From: Mobula hypostoma
Lineage: Eukaryota
Reading direction: 5' to 3'
DNA: 64,000 nt
Assembly (NCBI RefSeq): GCF_963921235.1
Contig: NC_086106.1
Location: 25,606,001-25,670,000, forward strand
Part shown: one piece after another, positions 25,801 through 36,927 of the stretch
Layout: each line of letters starts with the position of its first letter
Numbering within the stretch: the first letter of the stretch is position 1
Made by a program: the position numbers and the translations under genes
Notes under the pieces: model-generated
What the model was told of the DNA's origin: nothing
The model's input: only the letters and a program-made list of their open reading frames with translations
Databases searched by the model: none

Positions 25801-25839
25801 AGTTTTTATCCGGACCCGCCTTCTTCATACAACAATGTG
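25801..25839 (-). other. 23-RSS of V7
   Basis: CACATTG + 23 nt + ATAAAAACT; CTCF-like motif at 25763-25776. Confidence 0.85.
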
Positions 25840-26261
25840 GTACTCATTGCACAGAGATACCTGCCAGAGTCCGACACCAGAGCTTCACGGATGTTCAATT
25901 GAGCCGTCTTCCTGACCTTCTGCAAACTAGCGGTAAACCGATTTATTCGATTCATTGCTCTTGTGCTAGATACCTTCAGCAAAAAATTTGGAGATTCTCC
26001 ACTACGTTGAATGTACCAACCAATAAAATATGGATTATCGTCAGTGTAATTACAGTTCAGTGTTATGTTCTGTCCTTCCTCGGCCGTTAAATCGGGAGGA
26101 TCTTGCGTCACTGAATCTTTCCCACTCGCTCCTGCAATAAAGGACAAAATACATCAACAACGCAGGCTTGTATTGAACGCCGGGGTAATTCGCTAGCCAC
26201 CTTCACAGACACTCACCGGGCAGCACAGCCAGTGCATGATTAATAAACAGAGGGGAATCAT
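25840..26261 (-). pseudogene. TRAV: V7: intact V exon (25840-26131) with a frameshifted 45-bp leader (26217-26261)
   Basis: The leader is 45 bp, against 46 bp in V1, V3, V5 and V9. The spliced product runs out of frame into TGA. The V exon is open and a close paralog of V5. Confidence 0.75.
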
Positions 26262-27269
26262 GGTGTCTAAATTCCAGCTGAATCGAATGGCAGATGCTTT
26301 CCAGGACGTAATTATCACTCAATGGATATTGTAGTGTGAGGTCTTTTCAGCGAAACCTTTCACCTTATGTAAGAGCGGGTCCATTTTCCTGGTTAAAGAA
26401 CTGGCTGACACAATGAACAAAAACTTTCTGAGCACCAATCAGAATCTGTTTTTTTACGTCATTGTCTCATTCTCCGCTCTTTTAATGTCCCGCATTCATC
26501 CCCGCTTCTCTCTCTCTCTCTTTCTTTTTGTTTTTCAGTGTGTCCTACAGCCTTTGTTACCCTGTTCTCTGCATAATCACAACATACTCAAAATCTTATC
26601 AATGTGCAATCATACCCAATTAAGCATTTTTCACATGGTCGCTTCTTCGATTCGACAGTATCCCGCTGGAAGTAGTTCGTTTATTTATTTGTTTGTTTTG
26701 TTGGTTATTTGGTGATATATCAAACAATTGCCCCTTAGGTTCAACATTTTTCAATCTTCCAGCATTGAACTAGTTATTCAATGTCAGCAAGTGTTCGTCT
26801 AGTATTTGTTTGCTGTTGCCGAGCCAATCTACTATCCACGCCAAGAGATTCTTGAAAGCACATTCTGTTTCGACAGCAGTCCCTCTCTTTCTTACTCCGG
26901 ACATTGATTTCTACTTTTCTATTCATCTACATGTTTGAACTCTCTTTCAACTCGCTTCCGCTTTCCTTGCCATTATGCTCCTGCGCTATCCATTTTTACA
27001 CCATATCACTCCATGCCAACCAAGGTATCAGCGACGATCCCTACGAGTCATCCGCAAAATTATGGCTTTCCCCTGTTGCTGCTTTTAACTTATTATTAGC
27101 CGTTTAAGTTATTGTCAGAATACCTTTTAATCTCCAGAACACCGTTGGATATTTCTTATCAATAGCACATCAAATATTCATATACATGGACGAGCTGGGA
27201 TTAGCTGTTTACCGGACATGGAAGGAACCGGTTAGAGCAGACAAACAATGCAAAAAATGAGGTGTCCAG

Positions 27270-27530
27270 ATCCTGTATCGCCGTGGAACGTGGACTGCTG
27301 AACTGTGCAAAGCTATTCAGTGGAGTCGGGCAAGATGCCCCAGAACTTAATTAAGCGGATCATCTTTGCCCAGAGACCGAAATATTACTGGACTGTCTTC
27401 GCGCAGATCAATACAGTGACATGGTCTGCTCTTCCACGCTCATTAAATCTCTCTTATGACGTTCCCGACTTCTGCCCCATCTGTCCCTGTATCAAGCCTC
27501 GAAGGTGTGAGGGGCGCCGGAACGCAGTAA
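27270..27530 (-). pseudogene. Family-3 V-like relic C
   Basis: Close paralog of 21500-21760. Confidence 0.5.
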
Positions 27531-27991
27531 TCCTGGAGGGCACGTTCTGACGGATTCGCCAGATTCACCAAGCAGAGAGGTAAATACAAAGAACCTCGCA
27601 GTGATATCATGGTAATTTGAATAAAATAAACAGAGGAAAATTTGGAGATGTTACTCCGATGAAAGAGAAGTGATTCAAGTTAGTTTAACAAGAGACTTTC
27701 CGGGAGACTCGGCGCTTTCGTTTCGATGTATATTCGTCTTTCTTTCCTAAATTAGGGGATTATAGCAATCAAAGGGATGTGAGNNNNNNNNNNNNNNNNN
27801 NNNNNNNNNNNNNNNNNNNNNNNNNNNNNNNNNNNNNNNNNNNNNNNNNNNNNNNNNNNNNNNNNNNNNNNNNNNNNNNNNNNNNNNNNNNNNNNNNNNN
27901 NNNNNNNNNNNNNNNNNNNNNNNNNNNNNNNNNNNNNNNNNNNNNNNNNTTTGATGCCGATTACCAATCGGGGATATTGGAATTAAAAGTG

Positions 27992-28990
27992 CGTCACAAT
28001 GGGGTGCTGGGAACGGACCCAAATGCGAGACACAGACACTAAAGTACAAGGATCAGGACTTGACTAGAGTAAGGACGTGAGAGGATTCAGAAAAGGAGCA
28101 GGGATAAGAACGCAGAATTGGGCTACGGAAAGCGGGACCAGAACTAGGAACCATGGACTAGGGGGCAAGGCTTGGACTCCGAGCCCGAGACTGGACAAAG
28201 GCCCAGAACCTGGGCCTTGCCTCGGGCTTGGACCCCAGAACCAGGCAAGAACATCACATGGGTTGAGGCTGGGTTCCTGGTTTTGACCATGGCTTGGGAT
28301 CCTAGAGGCTTGGGGGTCTTGGGTCTTGAGCTTGGCTTTCGAGGCTTGGAGGTCTTGGGTCTTGAGCTTGGCTTGGGATCCTCGAGGCTTGGGATCTTGG
28401 GTCTTGAACTTGGCTTGGGATCCTCGAGGCTTGGGGTCTTGGGTCTTGAGCTTGGCTTGGGATCCTCGAGGCTTGGGGTCTTGGGTCTTGAGTTTTGTTT
28501 GGGATCTTCAAGGCTTGGGGTCTTGGGTCTTGAACTTGGCTTGGGATCCTCGAAGTTTGGGGTCTTGGGTCTTGGCTAAAGGATCTTCGAGGCTTGGGTT
28601 CTTGAAGCTTGGCTGAAGGATCTTCGGGGCTTGGGTTCTTGCAGCTTGGTTGAGGGATCCTCGAGGCTTGGGTTCTCGGAGCTTGGCTGCGGGATCTTTG
28701 TCTTGAAATGCCGTGGCTTATAACTCGGAGGCTGGAGCTGAGATACAGACTGGGAACTGAAGATCAACATAGAGCCGGGACTTATCCTTCGACAAGCCAG
28801 GACTCATCCTTAACACAACACTAACACGAGACAGGACAGAACATAGACATAGAGCCGGGACTTATCCTCCGACAAGCCGGGACTCAACTTCAGCTCCACA
28901 CCGGGGTGGGGTGCTCTCTCCGTCAGGTAACGGCAGAACGGCCAGACATACCCAACAGAGGCAAAGACACAACAAGACAGGTCCCCCCTG
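27992..28990. mobile_element. Truncated second copy of the 8791-10160 LTR family, opposite orientation
   Basis: cgtcacaatggggtgctgggaacggacc is the reverse complement of the end of the first LTR; same tandem-repeat core. Confidence 0.75.
28290..28700. repeat. 42-bp tandem repeat within the LTR
   Basis: Unit ggcttgggatcctcgaggcttggggtcttgggtcttgagctt, about 7-9 degenerate copies. Confidence 0.9.
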
Positions 28991-30666
28991 TGGAGACTAC
29001 ATATTTCAGGTTTTGCACTGTGCCCATTCTCTGATTTTAAAAGCAACCGATGAAGCATGCTGGACGTTCTTTTGTCTGTACTCTGGTATGTCTGACAACA
29101 ACAAAATATATGATAAACGTAAACCAGTTTGGGGTAACTGTAAGCGTCTGCAAAGTGAAGGAATACATCCGGCTGTCTTTCATTAACTCAGAAAATATCG
29201 GTTGAGCGGGGAAGTGGCGATAGTTGTGTACTGCAGAGTGCCTGTCGCGGAAACCTGGCGATCTCTACTGTTATTTCACCAGGGATCCAGTTGGAATATG
29301 ACATTTTCGATGCTGCCAGCATAATTCTTCTGGGCTCAGATTCCACGTTTTGTGCGTTACCATGTATTACATTGCCCGCAAAAGACGTTCTGGGTAGCAT
29401 GTGCCAGAGATCGGAGGATCACTGAGTGTGTACGTTAAGAGGAATGTGCGACAATTGGACCGATAAATCGGTTGAAAATAAGACCATAAGAATTGAGGAA
29501 CTGAATTAGGTCACTTGACCTATCGAGTCTCCTCCACCATTTCAGAAGAGACAGTGTGGTAATGGAATTCTTCGACACAGTAAACATATAATTAAAATAA
29601 CAGTTTCAAAAAATCGAAATATACCTTTGGAAACAAAAGCTATCACTTTGTGCTCCCTCGGTAGTAATCTGACGTTCCCACTCTTTGTTTCTTCGATGGT
29701 GAGCTGATTCAAAGTTCTAAAAGCAACAATAGATTATTTCCTCTGCAAGAATATTGAACGGTAGGATGAAATTGAATCTCAATTCCCATCCACCTCGGTA
29801 TGCCCTTGCTCTTTAATTCCTGCCTGCCCTGCATTTTTATATGGCTCTTAGAATTTATTTTTTTGCATTCTTTTATTGTTTAAATTTGTACTATCTCCAT
29901 AAAGGGTGTAGTGAATTCATCTGTAAAAACCGAATCAAGCCAATCATGTGACAATAATAAACAAATTTCTATCCAATTTACATATGCAGCGAACATCACG
30001 TGGCGATAAAATTAGATCAGTTAAATCTGGTCTGGAAATCAGATTGTGCAAGCAATCGCCCTGTTTGATTCCATTCCTTCTCTCGTCCCCTCGCTCTCTT
30101 TTACACTGAAAATGTCTAAAAAAATATGAATCTCGGGGTAGTATGCGATCGCGTATATGTAGTTTAATCATAAATTTACTTTAAATTGTGAACCTCTTTC
30201 TCACAGCTACGACCAAAATAGTATCTGCATTCTCTATCACGCTGAGCATCCACTGGTTGTGTCGCATTATCGAAATTTCCAAAATGCACAATAAGTAGTT
30301 TTTTTTTTCCCAACATCCTGACTTTCATTAGCGTGCCACTTGCAATTCTTCATCAATTGGAAAATCGCCAATTTTGACACCATCTGGTTTCCTTTAGTCA
30401 GCCATTGTGCCATTTAATTATATTCTGGTTGCATTCCATTCTCATTATTTCCCACTGCAGACACTCGAAAACAGTGGCATAACACAAGTTCAGACATGGG
30501 TCTTAATCGTGATATGCGGTTGCAGCAACAGAGCGTGGGTGAATGCAGATTCCGATATCCCAGAAAGTTGTACAGTTCCAGTTTGGGTTCGCGTTGTAAT
30601 CAGCCCCTTCGAGTTTGGTCGCAAAACGACACCCTCCAGTGAAAGCTTTTAGCATTAAACAGGACC

Positions 30667-30705
30667 GGTTTTTGTTTGGACCCACCGTCGCCTTACAACA
30701 GTGTG
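30667..30705 (-). other. 23-RSS of V8
   Basis: CACACTG + 23 nt + consensus nonamer ACAAAAACC. Confidence 0.9.
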
Positions 30706-31135
30706 GTTCTCACTGCACAGACGTACATGCCAGAGTCCAACACACGAGCTTCACTGATATTCAATTGAGCCGTCTTGCTGCCTTTCAGCAAACTAGCGGT
30801 AAACCTCACTGCAATCTGGATACCGCTCCATTCCTCCTATGCTATGTAACTTCAGCAAATAATTTGGACGTTTGCCGCTATGTTGAATGTACCAAAAGAT
30901 ATTTGCACTAGCGTAAGTGTAATTACATTTAAAAGTTGTGATTTGTCTTTCCTCAAACGTTAAGTCGGGAGGATCCTGCGTCACTGAATCTTTTCCGCTT
31001 GCTTCCACAATAAAGAACAGAATATATCGACATCGCTGGCTTGTATTGAACGCCGGGGAAATTCGTTGGCCAGCTTCGCAGAGAGTCACCAGGCAGCACA
31101 GCCAATCCAATCAGAAATAAACAGATGGAAATCAT
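30706..31135 (-). pseudogene. V8 pseudogene (family 1)
   Basis: Leader intact (31090-31135), acceptor AG changed to GG, and a 2-bp deletion after YPDC giving TAG at about 30793. The other frame continues RFTASLLKGSKTAQLNISEARVLDSGMYVCAVR. Confidence 0.85.
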
Positions 31136-32779
31136 AGTGTTTACTTTCCGGCTGAAGCGAACGGAGATTCCACCCAGGCCGTTATTATCACTTAATAGAT
31201 ATTGTGGTGTGAGATCGTTTCATCAATACCTTTCACGTATTCTAAGAGCGGGGGCGTTTCAGCTGGTTAAAGCATTGGCTGACACAATGAAACGAGCCTT
31301 TCTGAGCACCAATCAGCAGTTGCTTTGTTTCGATTCGAGGTTCTGCCTGTTTCTTCACTCTTTCAACGTCCCGCATTCATCCCCGCTCCTCTCTCTTTCC
31401 TCTCTCTTTCTTTCTCTCTCTCTCTCGATCTCGCTCTCTTTGTTGTCTCTCTCTCTTTCCCAGCGTGCCCTACTTCCTCGGTTTCCCAGTTCTCTGCACG
31501 TTCACTACACAGACTTATCAATGTGTAATCGATCACAAGACTTTTCATGTTGTCGCTTCTTCAACATCAGCAATATCTCGCTGGAAGTAGTTGATGTATT
31601 TATGTATTTATTTGTTTTGTTTGTTAGTTATTTAAAGACCCTAAAGTAGGCCCTTAAGACAATATGTTTCAGTCCCTTGGCATTGAACTAGTTTTTCAAA
31701 TGTCTGCAAGATTTATTCCTTAAGATTTGTATGCTGTTAGGGAGGCATCTCCTATCCACGCCAATAGACTCCTGACAGCACACTTTCTGTAGCCAACACA
31801 TTCTTCCTTAATAAAACAACTCACATCTGGCATCCTCCTATCATATCATACACAGCTATTAAACTACCCTCATCTTCTAAAATTTCAAAAAGAAAGGTCT
31901 TTGCTCGCAAAACTGAAATGTCCCATGGAATATCAAAACACTTGCGAATGTGTAACTGTAGCTCAGCATTACAACTTGTTCTATCTTAAGCATCGATGCA
32001 GAGAGATAAGTCTCTCCCCTACGAGACACACACTATTTGTGCAAAGATTCGCCGGGCAGCTAAGTCAGTAAGGATCAAGGAAGGACATGGTGTCTGATTT
32101 CAGGCACGATCTAAAGCCAGATTACATCGAACAAGCTAACACCACAGACCTGTGAGAATAGTGTCAGATACGCTGCACCTTTCACTTCGTTTAAAATCTG
32201 CATAAATTGCTCTGCTAAATGGGAGCTGAACCGTGGAAGTCAGAGCTGAGTCCATTTAGCCACCGGTCTGAATGGAACTACTACGTTCACTGTCTCTTAA
32301 ACAATCTCTCTAATTTTATTCTATTTGTCGCTCTCATCCCTCCCTCCTTCGTTGCACTTTTACTGACTGTTCATTTCTAGCAAATGCAATTCCTTCTCTA
32401 TTCTCTCTTCCTATACTGTCCTATATTTCCGTCGTTGAGTTTCTCAATCGAACTCTGTTTGCCACTGTATTCCGATCTAGTTTATTTTTGTTGACCTCCA
32501 TACCCCCACCGTCCATCTGTCTCTCCACAAGATATTGTTAACGACAGGATATTGTGATAGGGAACAGAGAGACACATGGACACCGAGATATAGTGGAAAT
32601 GCTTCGGGTAGCTGCCACAATATCCTTAGGTAACCCGGAATTCAAGAAGTGTTCCTCAATGTTGTGCGCATTTTGGCGCTGAATGCAGCGTTTTAAGTTG
32701 ATCACGTGATCCTCATACTTTGTGAGTCCCGCTCTACCAGTTTCCCAGCGAATGCGCCCTCTAATTATCACGCCAGCCT

Positions 32780-33250
32780 GGATTTTGTCCGGACCCAATG
32801 TCTCCTTGCTAATCCTGAAGGGTCCATTGCACAGTGGTATATGCCAGAGTCTGGCACAAGAACTTCAGAGATATTTAAATAGCTGACTCTGCTTTTTTGT
32901 GCATATCAGCTTTAAACCTCGTCGAACATTTTGGAGGCCGTTCCAGTTTTGCTGGACCATATACCTTCAGCAGTCATTTTTAGAGATTTGCCACGAGACG
33001 GAGTGTATCAAAAATGCTTGCATTAGTTCATGTGTAATTGCAATTCAGTGTGATGATCTGACTGTCGTCAGCTGTTCATTTAGGAGCATCCTAAATTATT
33101 GAATCTTTCTCTCTCGTTCCTGCATTAAAACACAGAATTCAGTAATATCCCTGATGTGCACTGAACTCATGTTTCATTCCTTGGTCATATGTAGAGCGTC
33201 TTACCTGTCAGGATGGCAAATGTAATCAATAAGAAACAGAGGGAACACAT
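32780..33250 (-). pseudogene. Family-2 V pseudogene B
   Basis: Leader MCSLCFLLITFAILT/G intact (33205-33250), early TAG, Trp41 lesion, YHCAMDP end, heptamer degenerate. Confidence 0.8.
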
Positions 33251-34439
33251 ACTTCTGCCTTCTATCTGATAGGGGGGCAGATAACTTCCAAGAAGTTATC
33301 ACTGTGATAGACATTGGAGAGTAAAATCGTATTAAAAGTAGACTTCACAGTGCCCTACTAGACGATTGGCAGGTAAAACGGAAGAGGACACTGAATCTCA
33401 TTTCATTGAAATCTCCACTCTTGCCATTTTCTCACACTGTAAACCTTTCTCAACCCTCCTTCTCCCTCTCGCTCTTCTCTCTCTCCACGCCGTCTCTCTC
33501 CTTCTATCTACTTATCCATCTTTCTCTCTTTGTCTCCGTCTCTCTTTCTCGCTCTCTCAGTACCTTCTCTCTCCCTCGCTTTACTTCCGAACAATGATTT
33601 CTATTTATCTACCTCTATTGTTCGTTCAAAGAACTCTCTATCTCGCTTTGTTTGCTATTCTGTCCCTGCTCTCTCCATTCTCACACTAGGTCATACCATG
33701 CTAACCAACGTATTACTGAATCATATGCAATATTATGAATTCCCGCTAGTCCTGTTATCTATCAGTAGTCTTATAAGCTATTGACGAAATACCTGTCAAT
33801 CTACCAGCATCCCTTTTGATATTCCGTGTTAATGGCACACCAAATATTTATTCCCTATTTTTTTATCCATAAGTGAGGCAATCTCCTATCCACGGTAATG
33901 GATTCAACTGAAAATTTATTTTCTGCGTTTGCCTTCTGTCTCACATCTTAATGGCTATTTTCTCAGAATGTAAAGACCCTGTATGTAAGGAAATCTTGCG
34001 AACAGTCCAAAGTCGTGACAGACTATTGTTGATAACCCATGGAAATGGATATGAGTTGCCTCCAAAATCGTTTAAGTTCCTATTTGTACCTGCAAGCTGA
34101 ATTCAAGCCTGGAAACCTGCGATCCCGAGTGCTGCCAGATTAAGGCAAACCAGCTGAATCACGTTTGTCGTTGTTTTCTTTCTGTGTAAAACTCGCTCTG
34201 TATTGAGCGCTCCTTACAACAGTTAGGGGTGGTATCTTCCGTATCCATTATCTCCCTTCACCTGTGCGTGCTGCATGGATGAAAGATACAAGGAAGAGTC
34301 CGAAGCAAGATCCTCGGTGATGTTGCATTGAACCATCTTCCTTCATTTCGCAAAACAGTGGTAAACAGCGACACATCAATTAACTACGAGTGGGGTACGG
34401 AAAAAAAGACAGAGATAATGCTATGAAATCAGTCCCCTC

Positions 34440-35130
34440 AGTGTCAGCAAAACCAAGGAACTGGTATTGACTTCAAAAGTGAGGTGGCGAACGAGCACCA
34501 ACAATAACCTTTTCAGGATCAGCACGTAAACACCATGGACAAGAAAGCTCAAACACGCCATTAAGTCCTCCATAGGGAAAATCAAATTAGCATGCTCCCA
34601 TCGACCCGGTCTATTTCTTTGATGAACCCTATAGAAAGTATTATTTCCAGATGTGTAATGGCTTGGAATGGCAAATGTTCTGCATGTGACTGTAATATAT
34701 TTCGCAAAGTTATAGACACAACTTACCTGATCATTGATAGAACAGGAATTCTAACTGCACTCTTGCTAAATCAGTGTAACACCCGGCATGATCAAAATTT
34801 TACCCAATCCAGACCTTCGCTCATTCTCCCCTCCGATAAGGCAACAGATAGAAAAGCATCAGGGTGACCCTCTAAAATGTTGTTAAAAGATACCTGCGTC
34901 TCTCCCCGTAAGCGAAGTTGAACGCTTGAACTCACAACTAAATCAATATGACCTTCCACCATTTCGTCAACTTGCACAACACTTTCTTTGCAGCTTCTTA
35001 ACCGTATTGCCAATTCTGTTGTTGACTCAGGTGTATAACCTCAAATACCAATGCAATGACTTTATCCTTTTAAGGATATGCAAAACAATATTTTCAATGT
35101 ACCCCGGTAGAGAAATTATTATCTAACGAA
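34440..35130 (+). mobile_element. Rex1/Babar-like LINE 3' remnant
   Basis: Degenerate SVSKTKELV.DF and IESIISRCVMAWNGKCSA motifs plus 3' UTR; paralogous copy at 61320-62010. Confidence 0.6.
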
Positions 35131-35492
35131 AACCTAATCCAGCTTAGTCAGTCTGTGTGAGTAAACGGAGTGACGCAAGGATTCAGGCAGTCATTATTAA
35201 AAGCATTGTGTAAGAGGAAAGCGAGTAAACGTGGCGTTGGTCGTTTTCGAATGTATGTTCTATGTGCTGCCGTGCTTGAGGCTGCTCTTCAATAAATTGA
35301 TGAGTATGAACAAGACATTTCAAGACATCATTTGCTTGTATCTCGGTATACGTGGCAATGATAATCAATACCAGTTCCATCTGGGGTCAGTCTCGGACCC
35401 GTTATACCTAGCTGTCAGATTAAGCTACAATGAATTTGACTCTCTTTTTAAAATCTGTTTCTGTTAATCCTTCTTCTCTCTCCCTTTCCCTC

Positions 35493-35524
<32 letters not shown>

Positions 35525-36499
35525 ATCTTTCCCGCTCACTGCCTCATTCTTTCCTCATTCCGCTGCTATACTCAGCGCGAATTCTTCAATGAAGGGTATT
35601 AATGCTGTCAAAAGGAAGTCCAGCAAAATTGCCCACTGCGATATGACGTTGAGGGCAGAAGGGTTATGATAAGAACATCACATTGCACTGGACGTTCCTT
35701 CTGAAAATAACATTTGTATTTCTCAGTACGCATTGATTTCGATAATTGTTCCTCGACCTTGAGCACATGTTGCTCCTGAACGTGGCTCCAGAAAGTCTCT
35801 AAAGACGTTTTTCTTTCTCACTGCTTCTTTTCTCACGTGCTTTTTCTTTCCTCTTTCTCGCTTTATCCGTCCTCGTGTCTTGCTTCTCCTTCGCCACTCT
35901 CCTCCCAGCTAGTCTTTCTCTCGATATCAATCCAAGCTCCCTGCTTTCCCCACTCTAGCCCTTCCCGCTTCCTCGCTCTGTTTCCTACCTCTCTCTCGCT
36001 CTCCTCCTACATCTCCTTACTCTTTCATCTACTTCCCTCTGTTTGGCATCATTCTTCTCTCTCTCGCTCTGTGTTGCTCTCCTTCATTTATTCACTTTCT
36101 CTCGCCCTTCACCATATTTCGTTCTTCATATTTCTTTAGCCATTTTGCTTTTTCGTTTCTCACGCATTTCTCTCGAATTCCTCCTGTCCGCTCCCCTGAC
36201 ACAACACACTCTTTACGTTCATCCTCATCTTACTCCGGCTTTCTCTATTGCACATCTGAACCCATACATAAGGGTCATGCCACTGACAGTAGAGAGAAAG
36301 AGAGCAGAATTTGCTCGGAGGAGAAATGGTAGTGCTTTGCAGAGCGTATACCTCGTCGCTGCAGCCTTCAGGAGCCCGTCCTGAGGGAGAATGCGGTGAC
36401 GTCTTCGCCCCATGGTGAGCAGGAATTGAATGTTGAGGGAACACCGAAGGCACCCGTTAGAGCAAGCTAACACTGAGAATACTCCGGCGTCCGGATCCT

Positions 36500-36830
36500 G
36501 TGTTGACGTGGAACGTTAAGTACGGAATTGCACATTGTTATTCGGAGAGGCCAGCAGAATCATCCCGAACATATTTAAGCGGAACACCTGCCATTTTTGT
36601 ACAGAGACCCGAAGTCCTGACCCGTCTGTCTTCGCCTAGAAACATACCTCCACTCATGAATGTTTTCGTCGGTTTTCCAGAATATTGAACGCACAACAAA
36701 TAGGCTCCGCCAGTTTGCAAGTTACTGAAGCACAATGACACCGTCTGCCCTTCCAAGGTCATTGAAGCCCTCCTATTGGGGTTACAAAATCTCACAACTC
36801 GCCCCTGTTACAAACCTCGATAGTTTGAGC
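36500..36830 (-). pseudogene. Family-3 V-like relic D (best preserved)
   Basis: MTLEGQTVSLCFSNLQTGGAYLLCVQYSGKPTK...RDDSAGLSE*QCAIP. Confidence 0.6.
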
Positions 36831-36927
36831 GGCGGCGGAAAGCACTGACCCTGCAGAACAGGTTCCGACCGATTAGACAGATTCAACAGGTCGGATAATC
36901 GATTAAAAAAAAAGAATATCGTGGGGT

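Noticed and set aside
28290-28700. Regular repeat array resembling CRISPR
   Set aside because: The 42-bp units are head-to-tail with no unique spacers, there are no cas genes, and the array sits inside an LTR in vertebrate DNA.
33366-36384. Leu/Ser-rich hydrophobic ORFs that resemble membrane proteins
   Set aside because: Translations of CT-rich low-complexity DNA; the same applies at 7395, 31125, 35837, 50363 and 51530.
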